Shown here piece by piece: positions 37,762 through 47,994 of a DNA stretch of 64,000 nt. The notes beneath the pieces were generated by a model that saw nothing but the letters and a program-made list of their open reading frames with translations, had not been told where the DNA came from and did no database searches. This stretch comes from Clostridia bacterium (GTDB taxonomy: Bacteria > Bacillota > Clostridia > Oscillospirales > SIG627). Location: contig JAFSGN010000022.1 of assembly GCA_017440805.1 (NCBI GenBank), forward strand, positions 280,298-344,297, in the 5' to 3' direction. Position 1 is the stretch's first letter; each line of letters begins with the position of its first letter. Position numbers and translations under genes: made by a program.

Positions 37762-38721
37762 ATGAGTATTTACGAAATCGGAAAAAAGATTGCTACCCGT
37801 GAAGCATATGGCAATGCACTTGCCGAATTTGGCGGCGACGAAAGAATCGTTGTTCTTGATGCCGACCTTTCAAAATCTACAAAAACCGCGAATTTCATTA
37901 AAAAATACCCCGAAAGATTCTTCAACTGCGGTATTGCGGAAGGAAACATGATTTCTGTTGCTGCAGGTCTTGCGGCAACCGGTAAAATTCCCTTTGCAAG
38001 TTCTTTTGCAATGTTTGCTGCAGGTCGTGCATTTGAGCCTATCCGCAACTCTATCGGATATCCTCACCTCAATGTTAAAATCGGTGCAACACATGCAGGT
38101 ATTACAGTCGGAGAAGACGGTGCAACACACCAGTGTAATGAAGACCTTGCTCTTATGAGAGTTATTCCCGGCATGGTTGTTATCAATCCTGCAGATGCTA
38201 CCGAAGCACGCGCTGCCGTTAAAGCCGCTATCGACTACAAAGGTCCCGTATACTTACGCTTCGGCCGTCTTGGCGTTCCGGTAATTTACGACACCGACAC
38301 TTATAAATTTGAAATAGGAAAAGGCAATATGATTTCCGACGGAAACGATGTGACCTTGGTCGGCACAGGTATTATGGTTGCTCAGGTAATTGAAGCGGCT
38401 AAAATACTCAAGGCAGAAGGAATTAATGCAAGAGTAATAAACATTGCTACAATCAAACCCATTGATAAGGATATACTTGTTAAGGCTGCAAAAGAAACCG
38501 GTGCAATTGTAACCGCAGAAGAACATAATGTTATCGGCGGTTTGGGAAGTGCAGTTTGCGAAGCACTTGCTGAAGAAAAACCCGTACCTGTTCTCAAGGT
38601 AGGTGTAAATGACACATTCGGTAAATCCGGAAAAGCGGAAGACCTTCTTGAAGTTTACGGTCTTACAGCAAAAGACATTGCGGAAAAAGCAAAGAAAGCA
38701 ATCGCAATGAAAAACTGCTAA
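37762..38721 (+). CDS. Transketolase, C-terminal subunit
   Basis: DADL..ST, GIAE.NM, GEDGATHQ, EEH...GGLG. Confidence 0.93.
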   Translation: MSIYEIGKKIATREAYGNALAEFGGDERIVVLDADLSKSTKTANFIKKYPERFFNCGIAEGNMISVAAGLAATGKIPFASSFAMFAAGRAFEPIRNSIGYPHLNVKIGATHAGITVGEDGATHQCNEDLALMRVIPGMVVINPADATEARAAVKAAIDYKGPVYLRFGRLGVPVIYDTDTYKFEIGKGNMISDGNDVTLVGTGIMVAQVIEAAKILKAEGINARVINIATIKPIDKDILVKAAKETGAIVTAEEHNVIGGLGSAVCEALAEEKPVPVLKVGVNDTFGKSGKAEDLLEVYGLTAKDIAEKAKKAIAMKNC

Positions 38722-38741
38722 TATTATTTAAAAACAAAACG

Positions 38742-38774
38742 GCTGCGGTAAATACAATTTACCGCAGCATCTTT
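38742..38774 (+). terminator. Terminator after transketolase
   Basis: GCTGCGGTAAAT-aca-ATTTACCGCAGC perfect 12-bp stem with a short T tail. Confidence 0.7.
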
Positions 38775-38905
38775 GCATAAAAGATTTAAAATTCAGACAC
38801 AATATTATGTAAAAATTATGATACACTATATCTGATAAGTAATTTTACATATAGTATCTTACTTTCCAATTTTATCTGCGCTTAATGCGAAAAAAGGAGT
38901 AAAAA

Positions 38906-40114
38906 ATGAACAACAAGAAAATTACATGTCTTCTCACACTGATTTTATCTGCAATTATGATGATGTCAATGTTAGTTTCCTGCAACAATGAAGTTGTAAA
39001 CAACGGCGAGCAATCGGATAATAACCAGGTTGCCACGGATGATATGTTTGATTTTTCTGAACTTGATATATCCACCGTATCCTACTTCAAACCCGAGGGT
39101 GAGCAGACAGGATACATTGAAAACAATGGTGAAAAAATTGTTCCTGAATATGTTTTGAAAATAAACGGTATTCCTGTATCTATCGAAGAATACAGATATC
39201 CGTATCTTAATGAAAAATTCCGTCTTGACGGTGGAGACGATACTCTCTGGACCGAAGAGGCAGCCGAAGAAAACCGTCTTACTGCTGAAGATGCGGAAAC
39301 GGTAAAAAACAATACTGTAAACTACCTCAAGCAAACTATGATTTTCCAATTTTTAGCCGCAAAATATAATGTTTCCCTCTCAGAAGAAGAGATTAAACAG
39401 GTTGATGACCTTATGCAATCCACAAGAGACAGTTTCAATGCCGAAGACAGCGACTACACATACGAAGAAGCATTGAACGAATCATATCTCACCGATGCAT
39501 ATTTGCGTTACGGAAATCTTAATGCCTCACTTTCAAACAAGGTGTTCTCCGCTTTCTACATTGACGAAAACGCTCCGTTAAAGTTTTCTGCAGAACAGGC
39601 AGTTCAGTATCTCAAAGACAGTGATTATATAAGAGCACAGCACATCCTTATTAAATTCCCCGATGAACCCACTGAGGGAACTGAAGAGGAAATTGCTGCG
39701 GCAGTTGCGCAGAATAAAGCCGATACATTAAAAAAAGCCGAAGAGGTTCTTGAAAAAGTTAATGCCGGCGAAGATTTCATGACTCTGGTTGAACAGTACA
39801 ACGAAGACCCCGGTATGGGAATTTACGGAGAAGACGGATATTATTTCACAAAAGGAGTAATGGTTGAGGAATTTGAAAATGCTGCCTACGCTCTTGAAGA
39901 AGGTGCTACCAGCGGCCTTGTTGAAACATCATTCGGATACCATATAATCAAAAGACTCCCGCTTGAAGCTGATTATATACTTGAAAACGCTGCAACCTAT
40001 CTTGTACCTGCATATTCATCAGATTTCACCGACAAGATTAACTCCGGTGTTGAATCACTCACCATCGAATACGCGCCCGAATACGAACTTATAACCCCCT
40101 CAACACTTTTCTGA
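38906..40114 (+). CDS. PrsA-like parvulin peptidyl-prolyl isomerase lipoprotein
   Basis: Lipobox LVSC, A.HILI, DF..L...Y.EDPG, G.MV.EFE.AA, ET.FGYHII. Confidence 0.88.
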   Translation: MNNKKITCLLTLILSAIMMMSMLVSCNNEVVNNGEQSDNNQVATDDMFDFSELDISTVSYFKPEGEQTGYIENNGEKIVPEYVLKINGIPVSIEEYRYPYLNEKFRLDGGDDTLWTEEAAEENRLTAEDAETVKNNTVNYLKQTMIFQFLAAKYNVSLSEEEIKQVDDLMQSTRDSFNAEDSDYTYEEALNESYLTDAYLRYGNLNASLSNKVFSAFYIDENAPLKFSAEQAVQYLKDSDYIRAQHILIKFPDEPTEGTEEEIAAAVAQNKADTLKKAEEVLEKVNAGEDFMTLVEQYNEDPGMGIYGEDGYYFTKGVMVEEFENAAYALEEGATSGLVETSFGYHIIKRLPLEADYILENAATYLVPAYSSDFTDKINSGVESLTIEYAPEYELITPSTLF

Positions 40115-40132
40115 TATTAAATTTATAATATT

Positions 40133-40167
40133 GTATCACGGTGCAATTTGCATCGTGATACTTTTTT
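40133..40167 (+). terminator. Terminator after the prsA-like gene
   Basis: GTATCACGGTGCA / TGCATCGTGATAC stem followed by T6. Confidence 0.8.
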
Positions 40168-40177
40168 GGAGGCCCCT

Positions 40178-40972
40178 ATGCTGATAGATTTCCACACTCA
40201 TGTTTTTCCTGACACCCTTGCAAGTCGGGCAATAGGTGTACTTTGTTCCAACCTGCGAATCCCCATTACCCCGGTACATAACGGTACTGTTTCAAGCCTG
40301 AAAGAACGAATGGCAGAATGGAATATAGACAAGTCTGTTGTTGTTCCCATTGTAACAAAGGAATCCCAGACCAGAACACTGAATGAATGGGCGCAAAGTA
40401 TTGCCGATGACAAAATTATACCCTTCGGCAGTATCTTCCCCCACGGCGGACACTACAAAGAAGATATAGATTTTATATGTTCTCTCGGACTGAAAGGATT
40501 GAAATTTCACGCGGAATATCAGGATTTTGTACTTGACAGCCCTGAAATGATTAAAATTTATGACTATGCTCTTTCCAAAAATCTCATTATAATTCATCAT
40601 GCGGGATATGATTACGGCATGCCGCCACCATATAAAAGCAGTCCGAAACAATTTTTAAACATTTCAAAGCAACTCAAAGGCGGCATAATAATAGCCGCCC
40701 ATTTAGGCGGCCATGAACAATGGAACGATGTATACGAATACCTGTGCGGGACAGATATATATCTGGAAACATCTATGGGATTTGAATACTATGGAGCAGA
40801 AATGTTCAAAAAAATAGTTGCAAAACATGGTGCAGACAAAATTCTGTTTGGTTCCGATTCACCCTGGAGCAATGCTTTATATGACTTTAATGCTTTGAAA
40901 AGCAGCGGTATTGAACAATCTGCCATAGACGCTATTACGCATCAAAATGCAGAAATAATTTTGGGGCTTTAA
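40178..40972 (+). CDS. Amidohydrolase_2 family protein
   Basis: IDFHTH, GLKFH, HAG, AHLGG, LFGSDSP. SD GGAGG precedes ATG 40178. Confidence 0.88.
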   Translation: MLIDFHTHVFPDTLASRAIGVLCSNLRIPITPVHNGTVSSLKERMAEWNIDKSVVVPIVTKESQTRTLNEWAQSIADDKIIPFGSIFPHGGHYKEDIDFICSLGLKGLKFHAEYQDFVLDSPEMIKIYDYALSKNLIIIHHAGYDYGMPPPYKSSPKQFLNISKQLKGGIIIAAHLGGHEQWNDVYEYLCGTDIYLETSMGFEYYGAEMFKKIVAKHGADKILFGSDSPWSNALYDFNALKSSGIEQSAIDAITHQNAEIILGL

Positions 40973-40985
40973 TATTCCAGACAGA

Positions 40986-41798
40986 TTATTCTTTTTGGTA
41001 TACAAGAAGGTGAAATTCTGTCCGTGTTTCCAGATATGATGTATTTTTCAGTCTCTCATGACCTTCAACATCTGTTTTCCAAAAATACGGTGTCATACTG
41101 AATAACGCATAAATCAACTCGCTGTTTTCCAGTACAAGAGACGATTGTATCGGAATGCGTTTGACGAACTTAAATCCCTCGTAATTACTTTCCGTAACCT
41201 GGTTTTCATACGGATTGTTGTACAATATTTTCTTCATTTCCAACAGATGAACAGGTCCCGGAACTGCAATAACCAGGTATCCGCATTTTTTCAACACCCT
41301 GCAAAATTCCCTGTCGGCAAGAGGAGAAAAAATACTAAGAACAAAATCCGCACACTCATCCGCAACAGGCATATCATATACGCCTGCAACGGCATAACTT
41401 ATATTTTTATTATTATTTGATGCATATTTTATTGCAAACTTTGAAATATCGATACCCACGATATTGCTTTTAGGCAGACTGCTTTTTATAATTTTATCAT
41501 AGTACCCCTGACCGCACCCGGCATCTACAATAACAGGTTCATCTCCTAAACTGTATTCCCTGCAAACATCGGCTATTCCATCGGCAAAAACTTTATATCC
41601 CCCGCTCTCAAGAAAAACCGTTCTTGATTTTACCATTTCTTTGTTGTCTCCCGGTACTGCCGAATTTGCCTTTCCTGAAGGCAAGAGATTCACATACCCT
41701 TCTTTTGCGATATCAAATGTATGGCAATTCCGGCACACATAACTTTTTCCGTCCCGTTCAAGAACGGATTTACATACCGGACAAATAAAAAAACTCAT
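40986..41798 (-). CDS. rlmA: RlmA-like rRNA m1G methyltransferase
   Basis: CPVC...C...H.FD.AK.GYVNLL zinc finger, GD..EM, DAGCG.GYY, HL.E.K, MTPY.W. Confidence 0.85.
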   Translation of the reverse strand: MSFFICPVCKSVLERDGKSYVCRNCHTFDIAKEGYVNLLPSGKANSAVPGDNKEMVKSRTVFLESGGYKVFADGIADVCREYSLGDEPVIVDAGCGQGYYDKIIKSSLPKSNIVGIDISKFAIKYASNNNKNISYAVAGVYDMPVADECADFVLSIFSPLADREFCRVLKKCGYLVIAVPGPVHLLEMKKILYNNPYENQVTESNYEGFKFVKRIPIQSSLVLENSELIYALFSMTPYFWKTDVEGHERLKNTSYLETRTEFHLLVYQKE

Positions 41799-41924
41799 CA
41801 CTATCACCTTTCTTCAACATATATATTATACTTTTTTTCGGAAAAAGTCAAGCAGAGCATTGCTTCGGTAACCGCAAATTCTATGAAATGATTAATAAAA
41901 AATGTGAAAATTTTCATTTGTATA

Positions 41925-41953
41925 TTGAAATTTTTATTTGGTAGTAGTATAAT
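41925..41953 (+). promoter_or_regulatory. sigA promoter of ilvE
   Basis: TTGAAA-N17-TATAAT. Confidence 0.6.
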
Positions 41954-41992
41954 ATAAATTAGTATAATATTTCAATTATCCGGAGGTTCAAT

Positions 41993-43057
41993 ATGTTAAA
42001 TATCAAAATTGAAAAAACTACTTCTCCCCGTCAGAAACCCGACTATAATAATCTCGGTTTCGGCCGTCATTTCACCGACCATATGTTTATTATGGATTAC
42101 TCCGACGGAACATGGAATAATCCGAGAATAGTGCCGTACAACGACATTACCCTCTCTCCTGCCGCAATGGTTTTCCACTACGGTCAGGAAATGTTTGAAG
42201 GTCTTAAAGCATATTACACAAAAGACGGCAACATTCAACTCTTCCGTCCCCAGAAGAATATCGAAAGAATGAACCGTACAAATGACCGTATCTGTATTCC
42301 CAGAATCAATCCCGATGATGCTTTACAGGCAATTAAGGCTATTGTAGAGGTTGACAAAGAATGGATACCTACCAGCGAAGGAACATCTCTTTACATCCGT
42401 CCTTTTATTATTGCAACTGAACCGCATCTGGGTGTTGCTCCTTCAAAAACATATATGTTTATTATCATCCTTTCTCCTGTTGCTTCCTACTATGCCGAAG
42501 GTCTTAATCCTGTAAAAATTTATATTGAAAACAAATATGTCCGTGCTGTAAAGGGCGGTACAGGTTTTGCAAAAATAGGCGGCAACTATGTTGCTTCTCT
42601 CAAGGCACAGATGGATGCCAAGGAATTGGGATATTCCCAGGTACTCTGGCTTGACGGTGTTGAACACAAATATGTTGACGAAGTCGGTGCAATGAATGTT
42701 TTCTTTGTTATAGGTGATGAGGTGGTTACTCCCTCTCTTGACGAAGGAAGCATACTTCCCGGTGTTACCCGTGATTCCTGCCTTGCTTTGCTGAAAAAAT
42801 GGGGTATCAAGGCTACTGAACGCCGTATTTCTGTTGATGAACTTGCACAGGCTTATGACAGAGGCGAATTAAAAGAGGTTTTCGGAACAGGAACTGCTGC
42901 GGTTATTTCTCCTGTGGGTGAACTCAACTACAACGGAAAAATCATGACTATAAATGACGGCAAAATCGGAACTATATCCCAGAAACTCTACGATGTGATG
43001 ACCGGTATTCAGTGGGGTAATCTTGCTGATGACATGGGCTGGATTGAAAGAGTTTAA
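41993..43057 (+). CDS. ilvE: Branched-chain amino acid aminotransferase
   Basis: LGFG..FTDHM, HYGQ..FEGLKAY, YIRP, K.GGNY, ILPGVTR, GTAAVISP. Confidence 0.96.
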   Translation: MLNIKIEKTTSPRQKPDYNNLGFGRHFTDHMFIMDYSDGTWNNPRIVPYNDITLSPAAMVFHYGQEMFEGLKAYYTKDGNIQLFRPQKNIERMNRTNDRICIPRINPDDALQAIKAIVEVDKEWIPTSEGTSLYIRPFIIATEPHLGVAPSKTYMFIIILSPVASYYAEGLNPVKIYIENKYVRAVKGGTGFAKIGGNYVASLKAQMDAKELGYSQVLWLDGVEHKYVDEVGAMNVFFVIGDEVVTPSLDEGSILPGVTRDSCLALLKKWGIKATERRISVDELAQAYDRGELKEVFGTGTAAVISPVGELNYNGKIMTINDGKIGTISQKLYDVMTGIQWGNLADDMGWIERV

Positions 43058-43098
43058 TAATCGTGCCGTATAAGGATAAAAGTTTTACAAATAATAGT

Positions 43099-43136
43099 AA
43101 AGATACCTCCGCTGATACTGCGGCGGAGGTGTCTTT
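43099..43136 (+). terminator. Terminator after ilvE
   Basis: AAAGATACCTCCGCTG / CGGCGGAGGTGTCTTT 16-bp stem with G-U pairs. Confidence 0.7.
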
Positions 43137-43155
43137 AAATCCGGGGCAAGCAATA

Positions 43156-44280
43156 ATGTCTTACAGGGATAATAATAAATCTCACCTTGATAAAAGCACT
43201 CCCTTTTATCTGAGAGCCTTTTTTATACTCTGCATTTTCAGTCTTATTTGCTTTGCCCTTCTTTTCATTTACAGACTAAACAGTAATTTTTCGGAATTTT
43301 TTGTGCGGTATATTTCTTCACCGGTGCGTATGTGCCTTGGTGCTGTTACATCTGTATTCCCCTTTTCACTTGCCGAAAGTATTTTTATGCTGGTTCTTAT
43401 ATGCGCGGTACCGGTCTGCATATTTTTAAAGCCGACAAAAAAGAACATCATTATTATTCTGATGTTTTCCCTTGTTCTTTTTGATTTGTTTGCAATTACA
43501 GTTGCTCCGTCATATCACAGAACACCGCTATATATAAATCTGGGTATTGAAAACAGGGATATAACCCCTAAGAGACTCAAAAACACCTGTAGTATTATGG
43601 TGGAAATGCTTAATCAGTGTGCGTCGGATATTTATTACGGTTCTGACGGAAAAAGTTATTCAACCGACAATTTGTCCGAAATGTCACAGGAAATTTTGAA
43701 TTGCTATCGTTCCCTGTGTCAGCGGTATGACTTTATCTTTCCCGTAGGGTTTAACGCAAAACCCATAGCACTCAGTGTGCCGTTAACATATCTGCACATT
43801 TCGGGAATATACACATTTTATACCGGAGAGGCAAATATAAATACAAATTATCCCGACTATATTATTCCTCACACAATAGCACACGAAATGGCCCACTCAA
43901 GAGGGATTTTCAATGAGGGGGATGCAAATTTCGTAGGCTTTATTGCGTGTCTTGAAAGCGACAACCCGTATATTCGTTACTCGGGCATTATAAACATATT
44001 TCCGTATGTTGCAAATGCTTTGTATTCTGCAGACCCCTCTGCTTACGGCGAAGTGATGCATAACATGACATATTTGGTTTTTGAAGAGATGGATTCATTT
44101 TCAAAGTTTTTTGAAAAATACAGTTCTTCAAAAGTGGCACAGATATCCGGTTCTGTAAACGACGCTCTTCTGAAAGCAAACGGTCAGGAAGAGGGTATCA
44201 ACTCATACGGTCTGGTTGTTGACCTTACAGTGAATTATCTGGAGGAAAAGTATAATGAATCAATCGGAACAGAAAATTAG
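43156..44280 (+). CDS. DUF3810 family membrane-anchored putative zinc metallopeptidase
   Basis: N-terminal TMs, PFSLAE, ISG.Y..(Y/F)TGEAN.N, HEMAH..G...E.DANF. Start moved downstream of the ilvE terminator. Confidence 0.8.
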   Translation: MSYRDNNKSHLDKSTPFYLRAFFILCIFSLICFALLFIYRLNSNFSEFFVRYISSPVRMCLGAVTSVFPFSLAESIFMLVLICAVPVCIFLKPTKKNIIIILMFSLVLFDLFAITVAPSYHRTPLYINLGIENRDITPKRLKNTCSIMVEMLNQCASDIYYGSDGKSYSTDNLSEMSQEILNCYRSLCQRYDFIFPVGFNAKPIALSVPLTYLHISGIYTFYTGEANINTNYPDYIIPHTIAHEMAHSRGIFNEGDANFVGFIACLESDNPYIRYSGIINIFPYVANALYSADPSAYGEVMHNMTYLVFEEMDSFSKFFEKYSSSKVAQISGSVNDALLKANGQEEGINSYGLVVDLTVNYLEEKYNESIGTEN

Positions 44281-45433
44281 ACTGAAAACAACAGAAAACT
44301 CTCTGAGAATTCTGTCCTTGTTTTTGTGTGTTGTTTTATTGTTGTCATTTGTTCCCGTTATAACGACAACGGCTACCGATATACCACTGCTTTATTTAAA
44401 CGATTCTTTCTTCTCAGATTGGGAAATCACTCCTCCGTACACTGTTGACGGCGTTGTATATATACCAATAACAATGTTTACAGCACTTGACACTGTGTAC
44501 TATTACTCAAATCCGGATGTAGGAACTTTTTATCTCCAGAACAGCCTTACAAAAGAATACCTTTCATTTTCTCTCAAAAGCGGAAGTGCATATAACGGTA
44601 CCTCCATAATAAAAATGAATATAAAGGTATTTCATGATACTATATATCTTCCCGCGTTGGAAACAGTAAAAAGACTTGGTCTGTTTCTGGAAATGAATCC
44701 GGAAAATACCATAGTAAGATTAAGCGACACCTCTGCAAAACTTCCTTTCAGCAAATTAATATCTCTCTACACCCCCATAACCGAACCCGTCGTAACTCCT
44801 CCGTCAAATAACGATACTCCGCCGGCACAACCTGATGAAAACGATAATACAGATAATCCTCCGGATGTTGTTGAACCTGTGCCGGTCATTATTCCCTGCG
44901 ATGTATCGATTGGTTTTAAAAACCCAGACCCCAAAAATCTTGACAAACTGATAGTTGCTCTTGAAAGCAAAAAACTTCCCGCTTCATTTTTCCTGTCATC
45001 CGATTATATTGAAAATAACCCCAAAGATGTTCTAAAAATTTATTCTCACGGATATTCAATCGGTATAGCAGTTTCAACCGATTATTCGGATAATTCTCAG
45101 ATTATTTCCGATGTCAATCGTGCAAATGACAATTTAAGAAGAATTATAAAACAAAAAACCCGTATTTTGTTAATACGCAATAACAAAAACAATCTTTTGG
45201 ATTTTCTGTCAGAAAATGGTTTCACTCCTCACATATTTGACTTTGAGTCTCCCGCAAACCCCAAGACTTCAAAACAGGTAACCGACAGTATAAAAGAATA
45301 TCTTCCGGGGCGTTCTAAAATAAAATTGCTTATAGGAAGCGATATCTTTTCGATTACCTCATTATACGAAACAGGAGATTTTTTGAACGGTAACGATATT
45401 ATTAATCTGTATGGAATAGACGAAACGGTATAA
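44255..45433 (+). CDS. Exported protein with stalk-like N-domain, Pro-rich linker and degenerate NodB polysaccharide deacetylase domain
   Basis: Signal/TM segment, Y.P...F repeats, PVVTPP...PPDVVEPVP linker, L......ASFF....I..NP.....I...G.SIG pattern without TFDDGP or H(S/T)xxH. Confidence 0.6.
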   Translation: MNQSEQKIRLKTTENSLRILSLFLCVVLLLSFVPVITTTATDIPLLYLNDSFFSDWEITPPYTVDGVVYIPITMFTALDTVYYYSNPDVGTFYLQNSLTKEYLSFSLKSGSAYNGTSIIKMNIKVFHDTIYLPALETVKRLGLFLEMNPENTIVRLSDTSAKLPFSKLISLYTPITEPVVTPPSNNDTPPAQPDENDNTDNPPDVVEPVPVIIPCDVSIGFKNPDPKNLDKLIVALESKKLPASFFLSSDYIENNPKDVLKIYSHGYSIGIAVSTDYSDNSQIISDVNRANDNLRRIIKQKTRILLIRNNKNNLLDFLSENGFTPHIFDFESPANPKTSKQVTDSIKEYLPGRSKIKLLIGSDIFSITSLYETGDFLNGNDIINLYGIDETV

Positions 45434-45449
45434 CGAAAGGCGAATTTGT

Positions 45450-46151
45450 ATGAACAAAAACATCTTGATAGTAGAAGACGAAAAAACCATTGCAGAAATT
45501 CTGCTTTTTAATATAAAGAAAAACGGATTTGACGCCAAAGCCGTCTACGACGGAAACAGCGGCCTTGATGAGGCACTCTCCGGTAAATACGACCTTATTC
45601 TTCTGGACCTTATGCTTCCCGGTATGGATGGTTTTGAAATATGCCGAAGAGTCCGTGAGGTAAATGATACACCTATAATTATGCTTACTGCACGCGAAGA
45701 AGAGGCTGATAAGGTAATGGGGCTGGAATTAGGTGCAGACGATTATATGACCAAACCTTTCAGTATAAACGAACTCTTAAGCCGAATAAAAGCAAATATC
45801 CGTCGTTTTTCAAACGAAATGGTTACCCGCAAAATCACCGAAAATGTAATTAAGGTAGGAGCCGTTACCATTAATAACGAAAGTTATGAAATAACAAAAG
45901 GCGATGTAAAACTGGACCTTACCAAAAAAGAATATGAGGTTGTGGCTTTTCTTGCCAAAAATTTAGGAAAAGTATACTCCCGGGAGCAGTTAATGGAAGA
46001 AATATGGGGATATGACGGTTTTTACGGCGATATGCGTACTGTGGATGTTACCATTGCCCGTCTGAGAAAAAAACTTGAAGATAACCCTTCCCTTCCCGAA
46101 TATATACAAACAAAAAAAGGTATCGGATATTTCTTTGCCAAACCGGAATAA
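45450..46151 (+). CDS. walR: OmpR-family response regulator, WalR/YycF-like
   Basis: VEDE, LDLMLP, MLTA, GADDY.TKPF, GD.RTVDVTI.RLR.K.ED.PS.P.YI. Heads a kinase-yycH-yycI cluster. Confidence 0.8.
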   Translation: MNKNILIVEDEKTIAEILLFNIKKNGFDAKAVYDGNSGLDEALSGKYDLILLDLMLPGMDGFEICRRVREVNDTPIIMLTAREEEADKVMGLELGADDYMTKPFSINELLSRIKANIRRFSNEMVTRKITENVIKVGAVTINNESYEITKGDVKLDLTKKEYEVVAFLAKNLGKVYSREQLMEEIWGYDGFYGDMRTVDVTIARLRKKLEDNPSLPEYIQTKKGIGYFFAKPE

Positions 46152-46169
46152 AAACTTTGGAGCATAACG

Positions 46170-47990
46170 ATGTTTAAAAAACTTCAATTCAAAATAGTGC
46201 TTATTATGATTGTCTTTATAACTCTTGTCATGGCAGTTATAGGCACTACTTTGCTTAACAATCTTTTTTCTTACTTTTCAGAAGAATTTAATAATCAACT
46301 GGATAGTTTTTTTGACAAAGAACACATGGACATTTTAAGTGAAAGTCTCGAAAGCGCCAATTATGTTGAAAGTCTTAAGAACAAATTGAACGCCTATTCC
46401 TCATTTCTCGGAATAGACCCATACAGAAGTTTTTTCATACTTGATGCGTTCGGCGGATTTCTTGAAAGTAATTCAGGAGCAGATAACAAAGAAATTACGG
46501 TTCATAAAACTCCAAATCTTATTTCCGCCATTAATAATACAAATTTTGAAAACAAGGCTTCCAGAAAAGATTTTATAGATTATGCCGTAAGGCTTGATAA
46601 CGGAGAACGAACTGCAATAATTTATATTGTGGACACGCAGGAAGAAGTCCGCAGTATTGCAAACATAATATTCAACATTATTATTCAGGCACTGCTTATC
46701 GGAAGTGCCATTGCCCTTATACTTTCATTTCTGTTATCAAAAGTAATATCCTCACCTATTCAAAAAATAACGGCTACTGCCACTCTTATTTCTGATGGTG
46801 ACCTTTCCCAGCGGGTTGAAATTCACTCTGCCGACGAGATTGGTATTCTTGCCGAAACATTTAATACCATGGCACTGAAGTTAAAAAGCAATCTTGACGA
46901 AATAACCGGGGAAAGAGAAAAACTCAGCACAATTTTTTCATATCTGAAAGATGGTGTAATTGCTTTTAACTCTTACGGCGAAATACTTCACATAAATCAG
47001 ACTGCAATTGATTTACTGAAAGATACTTACAGCGAAAACATATCTCTGCCGCAATTTATTTCCCTTTTGAACATTGACTATTCAGACAAGCAACTTGTAA
47101 AAGACACCTCTCTGGGAGACGGTAAAGTATTTTATAACATTAATTTCGGAAAGAAATTTATTGATATAAATTTCGGAAGTTTCAGTTTTGAACTTTCGGG
47201 CAGACCTTATATAGGCTATATTGTTGTTATTCACGATGTTACAGAGCATTTTGAACTTGAACTTGCCCGCCGTGAATTTGTTGCCAATGTTTCACACGAA
47301 TTACGAACACCGCTCACCGGAATAAAAGGTGCGGCAGAAACCATAATGGAAAATCCTGACATACCCCCTGAACTTTCTTCTCATTTTCTTGAAATGATAA
47401 TAACCGAATCTGACAGAATGACCCGTATTGTACATGACCTTCTTATGCTTTCAAGACTTGATAACAATCGGGTTTCCTGGAAACTTTCTTCATTCTCTCC
47501 CCTTGAACTTATGAATAACCGTGTCGAAATAATGCAGCACGAAGCAAGAAGTCATAATCAGCAACTTATCGTGGAAAAAGAAAAAGGTGCTATTCCGGAT
47601 ATAACCGGCGACCGCGAAAAAATCGACCAGGTGCTTACAAATGTAATTCAGAATGCACTGAAGTATACACAGGATAACGGTACAGTTACAGTATCAATTT
47701 CCTTTAAAAACCTGAAATCTCAAAAAAACCTGAAAGATGGTCAATATGTTGTTCTTAAAGTAGAAGATAACGGTATCGGAATACCCAAAGACGACATTCC
47801 ACATATTTTCGAACGGTTTTACCGGGTTGAAAAGGCGCGTTCCTCCGAAAAAGGCGGAACAGGATTGGGTCTTGCCATTTCAAAAGATATCGTAAATGCT
47901 CACGGCGGTGATATTACAATATCAAGTGTTCTCGAAAAAGGAACCTGTGTGAATATTTATCTGCCATTACAATGTTCTATCAAGGAGTAA
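46170..47990 (+). CDS. walK: Sensor histidine kinase, WalK/YycG-like (TM-extracellular-TM-HAMP-PAS-HisKA-HATPase)
   Basis: HAMP (DEIG.LA..FN.M), PAS (DGVIA...HDVTE), FVANVSHELRTP, NALKY, D.G.GI, GGTGLGLAI. Confidence 0.8.
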   Translation: MFKKLQFKIVLIMIVFITLVMAVIGTTLLNNLFSYFSEEFNNQLDSFFDKEHMDILSESLESANYVESLKNKLNAYSSFLGIDPYRSFFILDAFGGFLESNSGADNKEITVHKTPNLISAINNTNFENKASRKDFIDYAVRLDNGERTAIIYIVDTQEEVRSIANIIFNIIIQALLIGSAIALILSFLLSKVISSPIQKITATATLISDGDLSQRVEIHSADEIGILAETFNTMALKLKSNLDEITGEREKLSTIFSYLKDGVIAFNSYGEILHINQTAIDLLKDTYSENISLPQFISLLNIDYSDKQLVKDTSLGDGKVFYNINFGKKFIDINFGSFSFELSGRPYIGYIVVIHDVTEHFELELARREFVANVSHELRTPLTGIKGAAETIMENPDIPPELSSHFLEMIITESDRMTRIVHDLLMLSRLDNNRVSWKLSSFSPLELMNNRVEIMQHEARSHNQQLIVEKEKGAIPDITGDREKIDQVLTNVIQNALKYTQDNGTVTVSISFKNLKSQKNLKDGQYVVLKVEDNGIGIPKDDIPHIFERFYRVEKARSSEKGGTGLGLAISKDIVNAHGGDITISSVLEKGTCVNIYLPLQCSIKE

Positions 47991-47994
47991 TTGT

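Noticed and set aside
41895-41920. CodY box upstream of ilvE
   Set aside because: Best match has four mismatches to AATTTTCWGAAAATT in AT-rich DNA.
43063-43155. Longer N-terminus of the DUF3810 ORF
   Set aside because: Overlaps the ilvE terminator hairpin; ATG 43156 is more plausible.
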